Position numbers and translations under genes: made by a program
The notes under the pieces: generated by a model
The model's input: the letters and a program-made list of their open reading frames with translations, nothing else
Databases searched by the model: none
What the model was told of the DNA's origin: nothing
Assembly (NCBI GenBank): GCA_043730825.1
Contig: JAYTJV010000005.1
Coordinates: 4,402-68,401, forward strand
Direction of reading: 5' to 3'
From: Pseudobdellovibrionaceae bacterium
GTDB taxonomy: Bacteria; Bdellovibrionota; Bdellovibrionia; Bdellovibrionales; Bdellovibrionaceae
DNA length: 64,000 nt
In this document: positions 29,765 through 39,563 of the stretch, in pieces
How positions within the stretch are numbered: the first letter of the stretch is position 1
Layout: the number at the start of each line of letters is the position of its first letter

Positions 29765-30889
29765 TTAGAGTGATTCTTCGCTTTCCTTGAAAAGTTCATC
29801 GGGAATAACACCGGTAAGAATTGCTTGAGCTACTTTCTTATGATGTTCACTACCTATTATTTCCAGAGCGTCCACTAGGGGCATCGGATCTGGATTTTTT
29901 ATTTTATCTAACTTGAATTGCAAAATCCTCTTATATCCAACTTCGATTGAATCTCTGTTCAAAGGACCGTTGGCTGCTGCATCCACTAATGCGTCAATTG
30001 CTCGCATTGGAGCATCGGGCTCGTTACAATAAAGTAATATATCATTACCTGCTTTTAATGCCTGAATTGCAATTTCTTCGGTAGTGAATTTATTTGTAAG
30101 TGCCTTCATTCCGAGATCATCAGTAATTACTAGACCTCGATACCTACAAATATCTTTGAGAACTTTTTGAATCATAATCTCTGACAAAGAGGCCGGAAAA
30201 TTTGGATCAATTTTCGGATATAAAATGTGAGACATCATACAGAGCTCCACTCGGGATCTGAATGATTTTTTAAAAGGTTGAAGCTCTACTTCATCGAGAC
30301 GCTTTAAATCTGAATCTTCGATGGGAAGTGCTTCATGGCTATCAAGCAAAGTATTACCGTGACCAGGGAAATGCTTCACGCAGGCAATGACATCGGATTT
30401 AAGTAATCCGCGAACTAGCGCAGAAGCGTGTTTTGCGACCATGTTTGGATCAGAGCTGACTGCGCGATCACCGATGACAATATTTTTTGGATTCGTAAAA
30501 ACATCAATACAAGGAGCGTAATCCAAATTAATTCCCACTGCGTTTAGTTCGGAACCTAAGCAATGACTAAATTGAAAAGATAAAGTTGAGTTATCAATAT
30601 CACCAATTCTTTTTACCGGAGGCCAGATTGTAAACGGAGCTTTTAGGCGGGCAACACGGCCACCTTCCATATCGATACTGATAAAAAGTGGAGCTTTGTC
30701 AGCCATTTGATGGCGAAGAGACTGAATTTCACTACAAAGTTCGTGAAGTTGTTTTGGATCTTGAATATTTCGAGCGAACAAAACAACGCCGCCAATATTG
30801 TTTTCAACAATAAAAGATTTTTCAGCAGTCGTTAGCGCAAGACCTGAAAGTCCAATGATCATGTGCTGACCCAAAATAGTTTGAATCAA
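29765..30889 (-). CDS. nagZ: beta-N-acetylhexosaminidase (GH3)
   Basis: GH3 signature VKHFPGHGNT and overall NagZ-like length and layout. Confidence 0.85.
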   Translation of the reverse strand: MIQTILGQHMIIGLSGLALTTAEKSFIVENNIGGVVLFARNIQDPKQLHELCSEIQSLRHQMADKAPLFISIDMEGGRVARLKAPFTIWPPVKRIGDIDNSTLSFQFSHCLGSELNAVGINLDYAPCIDVFTNPKNIVIGDRAVSSDPNMVAKHASALVRGLLKSDVIACVKHFPGHGNTLLDSHEALPIEDSDLKRLDEVELQPFKKSFRSRVELCMMSHILYPKIDPNFPASLSEIMIQKVLKDICRYRGLVITDDLGMKALTNKFTTEEIAIQALKAGNDILLYCNEPDAPMRAIDALVDAAANGPLNRDSIEVGYKRILQFKLDKIKNPDPMPLVDALEIIGSEHHKKVAQAILTGVIPDELFKESEESL

Positions 30890-31806
30890 GAACCCTCCTT
30901 CTTTTTTGGAGGAGAAATAGGTTCTGGGTTTTGTCCTTTAATCATAATGCCTTGGCCCGGTGCAACGCCTTGTTGTTTTCCAGCTGCAGGAGTCGCTTGA
31001 TCAATTGTTTTGAAATATTGAGTGACCACGTTTTTGTCGCCAACTGGAACTGAGCCAAAAATACTTTTTGCAACAGATTCAGGTAAGCCAATTGTTCCAA
31101 TTGCGTCAGCAGCTTTGGGAACAAGTTCACTTGTGATGCGCGCATCTTTTACTTCTGTGGCTAAAGCTTCGCCTTTATCATTTACGAAACTGATAAATTT
31201 ATTTTTCTTAAAAGTGTTTTCGACTTTGAAAGAAGTAAAACCTTTATACTTTTCTTCCTTAAGAACTTGGGCTTTTCCAGATTCGATTGTGCCGTCTTCT
31301 TCTGCAATTGCGGAATAATCGTAATTCGAATTAGTCTGAATTCCGCTAGGAGAACGTAACATTGTATAAACCAAGAATGTGCTTAAAAAAGTTCCAGGCT
31401 TAAGATCATTCTTAATCGAGACATCTTTTTTGCCAGTCTCTTTCACAGTAGCTGTCATTTTTTCTTTGGTAAATTTCGCATCAACCGTCTTAGACTGTTT
31501 TCCACCCATCAAAGAAGTGTACTTGTAAGAAACCGGATTTAAAGTTTCATCAGCCGTCGCCACAAGACTTTCCATCACTTCAGTTCCACCAGTAGAAATT
31601 CGAGTCATCTGTTGTGATGTAAACTTTTTTTCTTTTGGATTAAACTGATAGCGGATGACAGAATAACCGATGTGTTGATCACCGGAAGTCACTTTGTAAT
31701 ACCCTTCGAACAGGGTATTCGGATCAATTGTATTGGCAAACGCAAATGGAGTTAAAACAAACAACAAAAAATTAAATAGAAGAACGAAAATTAAGCTCTG
31801 GACCAT
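30886..31806 (-). CDS. secreted hypothetical protein
   Basis: Signal peptide ...LFVLTPFAFA. 4-nt overlap with nagZ. Confidence 0.6.
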   Translation of the reverse strand: MVQSLIFVLLFNFLLFVLTPFAFANTIDPNTLFEGYYKVTSGDQHIGYSVIRYQFNPKEKKFTSQQMTRISTGGTEVMESLVATADETLNPVSYKYTSLMGGKQSKTVDAKFTKEKMTATVKETGKKDVSIKNDLKPGTFLSTFLVYTMLRSPSGIQTNSNYDYSAIAEEDGTIESGKAQVLKEEKYKGFTSFKVENTFKKNKFISFVNDKGEALATEVKDARITSELVPKAADAIGTIGLPESVAKSIFGSVPVGDKNVVTQYFKTIDQATPAAGKQQGVAPGQGIMIKGQNPEPISPPKKKEGS

Positions 31807-31938
31807 AGTCTTGTCACACCACTTTCTGTAATTTATGATCTCGTGACGATAGTGTTACGTCAAAGTATGACTGACAAAAGTCTTAATGCTGAAAGAACAC
31901 GAAGATTTTCTCGAAATGTAAGAGCAGAATGAATAGGA

Positions 31939-34122
31939 ATGAAGTTTAAGTTTCTACGAAATAATCGGGGACAAGTTGCTATCTTCATAGCACTGATGTT
32001 TCAGGTTCTATTTTTATTTTTTGCAATGATCGTAAACGTTGGTTTACTTGTTCACCATAAAATCAATCTGCAAAATTCAGTCGATATCGCCGCTTACTAC
32101 GGAGCTTCAAAACAAGCTGAAGTATTGAACGCGATTTCGCACGTGAATTATCAGATCAGGCAGAGCTGGAAACTTTTGGTTTGGCGGCAGAAAGTTTTGG
32201 GGACCGCGGGGATTGATCGATCGACTCCAATGTTTCCTTACGGGAAACTTCTAAGCGGCCAATCTCCCGATGAGGTGTTGGCTGGAATTACTGGAGGTAA
32301 TGTCGGAACCAAGGTTTTTCAATTGCCTACTTTTTGCATTTCCTATGCACCACATGAAATTAATGGCAGCTCCAATACAACTGAAAATTCCTGCAGGTAC
32401 ATGCACAACGCCACCGTCGTAGATTTACCCCGTGCGAATATTCTTTCTCTTCCGTCATTTATTAGCTTTGGTTTTGCTGTATCTGCGGCCATTACTCAAG
32501 CCGCACAAAGCGCTTTTGATCGATGTGCCGATACAGGTGCTCTGAATTTTATAATGGGTGGAAAATTCATTTCGGCACATTACCTTGATTCCATTGAACG
32601 AGCTTTCTTAATGAATTACTTGGCGACGGGATTAAGTTTAGAAGAAAATAACTTTTTTGAATTATCGGGCGATGAAGTTAAAATAGGACTAGAAAAAACT
32701 CTGAAAAAAAACTTAACTAGTGCAAATAGTTCAACGGTAGAATTTGAGATCTTTAATTCACTCGGTGCAAGCTCTTGTAAAAATTCGAATACCGCAGGTA
32801 AAAATACACCTCAGTGGCTTGTTCCGATAGAAATTTACCCCATATGGCGTTATCTCGATTGCAAAAACAACAATAATACTGCGGCCGGACTAATCGAAAC
32901 AGAATCACGGCAGCTAGTAAATAGCATGCTACCAACTCAGTTGAGCGGCGCTAAACCAGACCTGATACAAGGCGTTCAGAATATTGCGAAGAATTTACCG
33001 ATGCGAACGACACTTGTAGGCTTCGAAAAAGACCCGTGGTGCGTGCCTTATGTCGGACTTCGTGCAAAGGCAAAACCGAAGATTCCATTCATGCCGCTTT
33101 CGGAAGTCGAGATAACAGCAGAGGCGTATGCAAAACCATTCGGTGGAAGAATCGGTCCATGGTATGTGAAAGATTGGCCACAAGCAGTAACATCAAATGC
33201 TCGATTGAATTATAAAACGGACGCAATACAAGCGAATGATCAAATCGATCCGATCGGCGGAGTTAGAGTCAGTTCTACTAGTGGAATTACTGGAATTGAT
33301 GATCCTGCCTGGGCTCCGAATATAGCCAGGTTTTTTGGCGATAGATTAGGATTTTCTTCAGAACGAGTGCTTGCTTACTTTCACCGTGCTTTAGTTGGAA
33401 ACAGCTACACTGCGCTTCCGCAAACACCTAACTATCCTTTTCCTGTTTTACCACCTGCTCAAGACTTAAATATCAGTCTTCGATATTATAACCACATATC
33501 GAGCGATTACATAGGCCCAGACAATCCAGATCGCGATCAGCTAACTTGGGATACTATAGGGAAAATGGCGCCGCGACTTAGACTATTAGAAATCGCAGCC
33601 ATTGCGCCAACAATTTATGATTTAGCAAATTACTCAATTGATCCCGATTTTTATAACAACTATTTTCTTCCAATTGAAAAACACATTGCAAAAAGAAACG
33701 GCTGGGATTCCGCTCATCGTTTGCTGGGAGATTACGGCTGGCGCTGGACGGACGAAAAAGCAAAGAAGATGAACATATTTGACCAAATTAAAATTCAACG
33801 AGATGTCGGCGTGGCGGGAGCTCTAGAGTCAGACAGTACGATGCCATATGTAGTAAAGAAAGCGGGACACCTCTTGAACTCATGGTCCGTTGATAACTTG
33901 TTAGATTATCGTGCGAACAGCGTAAAATTTGGAAAATGTTTTTCTCCTGACGATAGTAATTTTGAAACTCCCATGAACCCGCCAACTCCTGGAAATTGTG
34001 TCGATGGTGGTCGTGTGGGAAATTCTGTAAAGCTCGTTTCGAAAGAATGGCTAAAAGCTACGGATTTAGAATTGGGTGGCAATGGACAAACAGGATCAAT
34101 TAGAAACCCACCTCCTTGGTAA
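31939..34122 (+). CDS. TadG/TadE-like (Tad N-terminal domain) large protein
   Basis: The N-terminus NNRGQVAIFIALMFQVLFLFFAMIVNVGLLVHHKINLQNSVDIAAYYGA matches the TadE/G-like pseudopilin-type N-terminal domain pattern. The remaining roughly 650 aa are unassigned. Confidence 0.65.
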   Translation: MKFKFLRNNRGQVAIFIALMFQVLFLFFAMIVNVGLLVHHKINLQNSVDIAAYYGASKQAEVLNAISHVNYQIRQSWKLLVWRQKVLGTAGIDRSTPMFPYGKLLSGQSPDEVLAGITGGNVGTKVFQLPTFCISYAPHEINGSSNTTENSCRYMHNATVVDLPRANILSLPSFISFGFAVSAAITQAAQSAFDRCADTGALNFIMGGKFISAHYLDSIERAFLMNYLATGLSLEENNFFELSGDEVKIGLEKTLKKNLTSANSSTVEFEIFNSLGASSCKNSNTAGKNTPQWLVPIEIYPIWRYLDCKNNNNTAAGLIETESRQLVNSMLPTQLSGAKPDLIQGVQNIAKNLPMRTTLVGFEKDPWCVPYVGLRAKAKPKIPFMPLSEVEITAEAYAKPFGGRIGPWYVKDWPQAVTSNARLNYKTDAIQANDQIDPIGGVRVSSTSGITGIDDPAWAPNIARFFGDRLGFSSERVLAYFHRALVGNSYTALPQTPNYPFPVLPPAQDLNISLRYYNHISSDYIGPDNPDRDQLTWDTIGKMAPRLRLLEIAAIAPTIYDLANYSIDPDFYNNYFLPIEKHIAKRNGWDSAHRLLGDYGWRWTDEKAKKMNIFDQIKIQRDVGVAGALESDSTMPYVVKKAGHLLNSWSVDNLLDYRANSVKFGKCFSPDDSNFETPMNPPTPGNCVDGGRVGNSVKLVSKEWLKATDLELGGNGQTGSIRNPPPW

Positions 34123-34243
34123 TCTCCGTCTCAAATTGAGATTTTCCCTCTGAAAACTGCATTTTCTTTGGACAAGTGTAAAAAGTTAATGAGATTTTCT
34201 CTATCTCATTTTGGGAACTTCTTGTTTCCCCATTTAATTTCAA

Positions 34244-35617
34244 ATGTTTAGAGACGATACTATATGTAGAGCAGGGGGGAATGTGGCCAAATTACGCATT
34301 CTATTATTAATAGCATATTTATTTCCAATACAAACATTTGCGCAAGAAAATGAGGGTGGTCCCGAAGCAGCTGAACCACTGGTTGCGATTGCAACGAGAA
34401 TTAGTGGAATTGTAACGGCAAATGCTGTCCACTTTGCTCAATACAGTGCTCCTCTTGAAGCCGGAGCTGCGACACTTCAAACTGCTGCGGGATCTTGTGA
34501 CGGGAAAAAGAAAATAGCAGATACAATGTGCCTAGAACAATTGAGTCCAGAAATTCTTAAGTTTACTGCAGAAAACGGTGAGCTGGTGAATATGGCACTC
34601 ATGATGGGTGGTAGCCTTGGTGACCAATGTAAAGGTTTGGGAAATGCGCTGTCTAAGGCGAGTATGGTACTAGGTGCTTATCAAGCTGCCTGCGCTACAG
34701 GACAAGCGATGTGTACATCTAGTTGTACTTCTGTAAACGCAGCTGCGACGAAATTAAAAACTGAAGTATTGTATGCTTTTCATCAGGTCAACACGGCTTG
34801 CTCTGGTGTTACTAGCCCAGATTGTGCTAACCGCATCATAGCCGTGAAGACAGCCATGACTCAAATAAACTCAGAACTAGCAGTCATCTCAGGTATGACT
34901 GGAAAAAAATTAGCAGTTTGCGGAAAGTATAAAATATCAATAGCTACCGCAGTAATGGGCGGGATAAGCGCGATCAAGGGTGCGATGCAAGCAAAGTCTT
35001 GTGCTAATAAAAATCAAGAAGAGAATCCAGTCGCAGATCAAAATTGTACTAACGATAAATCTCCAAATTACCAAACTCCAGGTTGTCAGTGCGCGCGCGG
35101 AGAAAAAACTGCGGCGGAATGTCAGGCAATAAATATCAACGGTTCTAATTTAAATGCTGGAGGCATTGCGCTTCCGAAACCTTCGGGCGCGGGTAAAGAT
35201 GGTGCTAAAGGTGGACCGATGGAATTAGGTGGCGATGATGATCGTAACCTTGGAAAAATTGGTCCGAGTGCTAGTGGTGCTTCTCCTCCGACAGGTGGTG
35301 GTGGTGGCGGTGCTGGTGGCGGCAGCGGCGGTAGTGGTGCCGGACAAGATGGTGCGAATGCGCCGAAGCGACTAAACACGAATATTCTCGGTGGAGGATT
35401 TGGTGGCGGCGGTGGCGGCGGCAGTGGTGGCGGTGGCCCCGGTTATGGCGAAATGGATTCTAAATTAAAAGATTATATGCCGGGACAGAAAAATGATCCG
35501 AATAGAACTTTAGCTTCTCAGTTGGCGAAAGAAGTGACTCCGCAGGCGGGGCGATCGAATTGGGAAAAAGTGAGACTAAGATACCGCGACAATTATAGTT
35601 CTTTGCTTAATAAATAA
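34244..35617 (+). CDS. secreted Cys-rich / Gly-tract protein
   Basis: Leader KLRILLLIAYLFPIQTFA, roughly 16 Cys in the N-terminal half, then GGGGGGAGGGSGGSGAG and GGGFGGGGGGGSGGGGPG tracts. Start uncertain (ATG 34244 or GTG 34283). Confidence 0.6.
   Translation: MFRDDTICRAGGNVAKLRILLLIAYLFPIQTFAQENEGGPEAAEPLVAIATRISGIVTANAVHFAQYSAPLEAGAATLQTAAGSCDGKKKIADTMCLEQLSPEILKFTAENGELVNMALMMGGSLGDQCKGLGNALSKASMVLGAYQAACATGQAMCTSSCTSVNAAATKLKTEVLYAFHQVNTACSGVTSPDCANRIIAVKTAMTQINSELAVISGMTGKKLAVCGKYKISIATAVMGGISAIKGAMQAKSCANKNQEENPVADQNCTNDKSPNYQTPGCQCARGEKTAAECQAININGSNLNAGGIALPKPSGAGKDGAKGGPMELGGDDDRNLGKIGPSASGASPPTGGGGGGAGGGSGGSGAGQDGANAPKRLNTNILGGGFGGGGGGGSGGGGPGYGEMDSKLKDYMPGQKNDPNRTLASQLAKEVTPQAGRSNWEKVRLRYRDNYSSLLNK
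35294..35444 (+). repeat. GGN (glycine codon) simple-sequence tracts
   Basis: ggtggtggtggtggcggtgctggtggcggcagcggcggtagtggt and ggtggaggatttggtggcggcggtggcggcggcagtggtggcggtggc lie within the CDS. Confidence 0.6.
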
Positions 35618-35626
35618 GGGGAAACC

Positions 35627-36619
35627 ATGAAGCGAATATTTGTGATGAGCTTGGCATTGTCGGTGGCATTCCAATCTCAAGCGAAAAAAGTTAATGTGGG
35701 TGAAGCCATAGCTACGGGTACGAGAACTGGTGATCAACTTAGTTCGCAAATTTCGGGCGATGGCCAAAAGGGTCAAGAGACTGCGGTAACTGCGAATGAA
35801 ACATTGCAACAGTCTGCCGTGGATACAACGAAGAATAGTCAGAAAGGGCAGACTACTGCGCTCCTAATTGGAGCTGGTTTAGGAGCTGCGGCACAACACT
35901 ATTACGGAGTGTGCGCTAGCAGTGGGGGAACATTTGGTTATGCAGCTTGTATAACAGGTGGAATTTTAGTTGCGATGGCTCTGCAATCAAAAAAATCTGC
36001 TGATAGCTACAAACCGGTTATTGATAATGCTTCAAAAAATTCTTGTATTTACAGCACTCTTGGTTGCGCGGGTACACCACCCAATCCATATACAGCGGGT
36101 ACGGGGAATCCGAATATCAACACAGGTCAACTTACTGCGATAGCAGAAACTTTGAATAAAGGTGGCTATGAGGTTGATGTGAACTCAGGAAAAATTAAAT
36201 CACCTAAGGGTACAGGTAATCTTAACGATCCAGCTTCGATGGAAAATTTACTTGGAAAAGAAGGTTTTGATAAATTAATGGGCGAAGTAAGAAAAGCAGA
36301 AGCTGATGCTAAAGCCAAAATCGATCAAGTAAAGGGTGGAGCCGTGACGGCAGCACTTGGTTTTGATGGCGGTGGCGGCGGCAACTCGGGCGCAGTGACT
36401 GAAGCTGGTTACGGTGACGGAACTGAGACTGGTGGCAGCGTTGCGAGTCGAATCGCGAGACTAAGAAATCCATCGCAAGCAAAAGGTTTAACGAAGAATT
36501 TCAATGGTGACCCAATTGGGGTGGCATCAGATAGCATTTTTGAAATGATGAGTCGTCGTTATAACTTAAAAAATACTCAAAAGACTTTTTATGGACCAGA
36601 GGCGGAATTAAAGAACTAA
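35627..36619 (+). CDS. secreted hypothetical protein with Gly tract
   Basis: Signal peptide MKRIFVMSLALSVAFQSQA, an internal hydrophobic Gly/Ala segment, and a GFDGGGGGNSG tract. 9 nt after the upstream stop. Confidence 0.6.
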   Translation: MKRIFVMSLALSVAFQSQAKKVNVGEAIATGTRTGDQLSSQISGDGQKGQETAVTANETLQQSAVDTTKNSQKGQTTALLIGAGLGAAAQHYYGVCASSGGTFGYAACITGGILVAMALQSKKSADSYKPVIDNASKNSCIYSTLGCAGTPPNPYTAGTGNPNINTGQLTAIAETLNKGGYEVDVNSGKIKSPKGTGNLNDPASMENLLGKEGFDKLMGEVRKAEADAKAKIDQVKGGAVTAALGFDGGGGGNSGAVTEAGYGDGTETGGSVASRIARLRNPSQAKGLTKNFNGDPIGVASDSIFEMMSRRYNLKNTQKTFYGPEAELKN

Positions 36620-37579
36620 GTCTTTCTTAATATTGACGGAATCAAACGAAGTGGATGCGCCGACAACGGAGGCTTCCACTTTTGTGTTTTTAAGGTTCGC
36701 GTTTTTTCCAATGACAGCGAAATCTACAAACTCACAATTAGAAATTCGCGAGCTGGATTCTTTCCAAATTAATATTCCATTTTTTGTTTCAAGCTGTGAA
36801 TGCTTCGCAAATTCAGACAAGAATCGTTTTAGCGGTTCAAACTCTTTTGTGCCCTTAGCTAAGTGACTTAATATTTCTTTCGTGGCGTGCAAATAGTCTG
36901 CGATGTTTCCAGTCTCATACCAGTGGCCAGACGTTTCAAAAATTTCAACTTTGTGTCCAGCGACTTGTGCAGCCGACAGATTGTCGTACAAAATATTTTG
37001 CTGTAAATCTGGCTTAATAAAATTAAAAATTTCCTTATTTAAAATCTGAATTCCTAAGAAATGATAGCCTTCAACTGCGTCAGCGGGCTTTTTAAGCCCA
37101 TAACCAATCACTTTTTTATTTTCATCGACCCAGATGCCGCCAAATTTTGTGCCAACTTCAGGATGCTTCATAACAAGGAGGGTACTAATAGGAGTTTGCT
37201 TTAAATGCTGAGTCTTCATTTCCTCGAGAAATTTTAGTTTGTGAGGTACAAAGACTTCATCGGCATTCAAAAGAAACAAGTTTTCTTCATTGGCGAAATA
37301 TTTTTTCGCATTTCCTAAGCCACCGCCATTACCTAGAATCTTTCCAGTTTCATGGCTGAATTCGACCGGGAATTGAGTTTGGGCCGAGTAAAGATCCTGA
37401 ACGACTTTGGGTAAGTGAAAAGTATTAACAACAATTGAATCCACGCCAACTGAATGCAAAAAAGGAAAAAAGTAATAACCAAGTGGTACGTTCAGCAGAG
37501 GTAATGCTGGCTTTGGGACTTTTAACGTCTGAGGTCTAAAGCGAGTGCCTTCACCGGCAGCAAGTAACATGGCTTTCAT
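36608..37579 (-). CDS. murU: sugar-1-phosphate nucleotidyltransferase, MurU-like (MurNAc-1-P uridylyltransferase)
   Basis: LLAAGEGTRFRPQTLKVPKPALP nucleotidyltransferase N-terminus. Encoded immediately downstream of an AmgK-like kinase, as in the AmgK-MurU pathway. Confidence 0.65.
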   Translation of the reverse strand: MKAMLLAAGEGTRFRPQTLKVPKPALPLLNVPLGYYFFPFLHSVGVDSIVVNTFHLPKVVQDLYSAQTQFPVEFSHETGKILGNGGGLGNAKKYFANEENLFLLNADEVFVPHKLKFLEEMKTQHLKQTPISTLLVMKHPEVGTKFGGIWVDENKKVIGYGLKKPADAVEGYHFLGIQILNKEIFNFIKPDLQQNILYDNLSAAQVAGHKVEIFETSGHWYETGNIADYLHATKEILSHLAKGTKEFEPLKRFLSEFAKHSQLETKNGILIWKESSSRISNCEFVDFAVIGKNANLKNTKVEASVVGASTSFDSVNIKKDLVL

Positions 37580-37587
37580 TTAGATCC

Positions 37588-38607
37588 CTACATTGTTTCG
37601 AATTTTTTTTCGAGAGCGCCTGAATTCAAAAGAATATCAGAGAATATTTTGTATTGAGGAAATTGGTTCAAGCAATTAATAACTCTTTTTAAAGTAGGCG
37701 TTAAGTATTTTAAATAGCGCTTATCGCCGCGCTGATGATAGAAACTTGCGAAACTTCCACAAGCCTTGAAACATCTTTGCAAGCTTTGAAGCTCATAGAT
37801 TTGATTAAAATGCTCTCTTGAAAAATTTTGAGGCAAGAAAGACTTAGTTTGAGCTAAGTAATAATCCATGAGTTGGGCAACTGTGCCGTCTTCTAAATCG
37901 ACATAAGAATCTCTGAATAAGCTAACAAGATCATACTGAACCGGCCCCATGCGAGCATCTTGAAAATCGATCACAAACATTTTATCAAGTTTGATCATCA
38001 AGTTTCGAGAATGGTAATCGCGGTGACAGATAACCTTTGGTTCGTTATGAAGTGTTTCACAGATGTTCAAAAAGACTTTCTGTAACTCATCTTTAACTTT
38101 TGGTGATAGATCGGCATTTAAAACACCCTCGATCAAATTGTCTTTGCCGTAATTAAGTTCCCAAAGTAGCTTTTCAGTGTCGAACTGTATCTTAAAAGCG
38201 GTACAATTGGATTTATTTTGCGAAGCCTTGCCGTGAATTTTAATGATCTCGTCCAAAGCCATTTTGTAAAAAAAGATAACAGTTTCTTGATTTTGGTTTT
38301 CCCAAAATCTTCTCTCTAATGTGAGATCACCTAAATCTTCTAATAAAACTAAGCCTTCACTGGGCGACATTCCAACTACTTTTGGAACCTGGATGCCATT
38401 ATTAGCAAAGTGCTGCAGTACGCTTAAAAAAGGATACTCATCTGGATTGAAAGGTTCCCATTTCATAAGAACCCAAGACTCTTCGGAGTGAACAATACGG
38501 TAATACTTGCGGTTAGAGGCATCGCCTGCCAACGGCAAGATTTTAATGTCTTTAAAAGACAGAGTTTTTTCTAAGAACGTTTCCACGTAGGGTTCAACTA
38601 CTGACAC
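37588..38607 (-). CDS. amgK: phosphotransferase-family kinase, AmgK-like (anomeric MurNAc/GlcNAc kinase)
   Basis: Kinase catalytic loop HRDYHSRNLM and metal-binding IDFQDA with following GPVQYDLVSL. Confidence 0.65.
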   Translation of the reverse strand: MSVVEPYVETFLEKTLSFKDIKILPLAGDASNRKYYRIVHSEESWVLMKWEPFNPDEYPFLSVLQHFANNGIQVPKVVGMSPSEGLVLLEDLGDLTLERRFWENQNQETVIFFYKMALDEIIKIHGKASQNKSNCTAFKIQFDTEKLLWELNYGKDNLIEGVLNADLSPKVKDELQKVFLNICETLHNEPKVICHRDYHSRNLMIKLDKMFVIDFQDARMGPVQYDLVSLFRDSYVDLEDGTVAQLMDYYLAQTKSFLPQNFSREHFNQIYELQSLQRCFKACGSFASFYHQRGDKRYLKYLTPTLKRVINCLNQFPQYKIFSDILLNSGALEKKFETM

Positions 38608-38649
38608 TCTAAAATTGTGTCAGAAGCTGACCTCGTGATCAAGACTTGA

Positions 38650-39375
38650 TTAAGATTTAAAGTAGAGCATTTCTAGCACTTCGTTCATCGCTGTTTTATC
38701 AAGCGGCATACGATCTACTGAAAACTCTAGGGTCATTAAGGCTTTTATAAGCGGTTTCTCTAAGGACAAATGAGCAGCTGCTTTTGATCCTACAAAGATA
38801 ACAAGCGGACCTACTTTTGATTCAGTAATGAAGTTTGCTAAAATATTCTGATGTTCAGCGCTTAAATCTTTTTCTAAATCCACGACCAAAGTCGAACTAT
38901 CCATTGATTCAACATCTTGAACTGAATTGATCTGCGTTGCTACATCCATAAATGGCAAATAGCAGAAGTTTTGAGTAATCTCATGAACTTCCAAAGCAGC
39001 TTTTTGAACAAGGTTAGACTGAGTTCCAAAAAGAAATAATCCCTTTGTCTTCGGAGCATCTGGATTTTCTTCGATCAAAGATTTCTCAATCTCGATATTG
39101 CTGATCGTTCTTTCCAAATGTTGTGAATAAAGGTGTGGTTCCAAAATCATTCGCACTAATCGTGCAACTTGATTTCGGTCGTCAGTAGAAAGATCCCGAG
39201 CTTCGTGAACCAAGCCATACCCCAAGAAAATTTCTTTCACGAAGATCGGGATGCAGAGATCTTCCCCCCTCAGAGAAGTCTCATCAGTCAAACTCTGTTC
39301 GATTCCCGCTAAGCGACGAATCGACAACCCCTTACCATAGCGATGCTTTAACATGTCGTTAAGTTTCTCAACCAT
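38650..39375 (-). CDS. hypothetical protein, possible degenerate sigma-54-activator-like fragment
   Basis: LFLFGTQSNLVQKAALEVHE aligns by eye with the Walker A region (vLIxGEsGTGKExxAxxIH) with the P-loop lost. STLVVDLEKDLSAEHQNILANFI aligns with GTLFLDEIGxLxxxxQxKLLRVL with the acidic pair altered. No HTH. Confidence 0.5.
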   Translation of the reverse strand: MVEKLNDMLKHRYGKGLSIRRLAGIEQSLTDETSLRGEDLCIPIFVKEIFLGYGLVHEARDLSTDDRNQVARLVRMILEPHLYSQHLERTISNIEIEKSLIEENPDAPKTKGLFLFGTQSNLVQKAALEVHEITQNFCYLPFMDVATQINSVQDVESMDSSTLVVDLEKDLSAEHQNILANFITESKVGPLVIFVGSKAAAHLSLEKPLIKALMTLEFSVDRMPLDKTAMNEVLEMLYFKS

Positions 39376-39421
39376 GACGACTACCCCCCGGTATTTAATT
39401 ACCTGCTGTTAATATCTATAT

Positions 39422-39436
39422 CCAAATATCGTGCCG
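39422..39436 (-). promoter_or_regulatory. sigma-54-like -24/-12 element (imperfect)
   Basis: The minus strand reads CGGCACGATATTTGG. GG-N10 spacing is correct, but -12 is GG rather than GC. It lies 47 nt upstream of the ATG at 39375. Confidence 0.3.
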
Positions 39437-39563
39437 AGAATTGGCGCTACTTAGGCCTTTGAAAAGCTGATTGGTTGCAGCTTATATTAGATTAGGAAGA
39501 CGTTTTAGAATTTTTTCTATGAGTGTCAATGAAGAGAACAGTGGATATTGAAGAGTCATGTCG

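Noticed and set aside
34205-34225. TGGGAACTTCTTGTTT upstream of the 457-aa gene, considered as a sigma-54 promoter.
   Set aside because: The -24/-12 spacing does not place a GC dinucleotide 10 nt after the GG, and neither box matches consensus.
35122-35379. 85-aa Pro-rich ORF on the minus strand.
   Set aside because: It is simply the reverse complement of the GGN glycine tracts (CCN = Pro) inside the 457-aa secreted protein gene.
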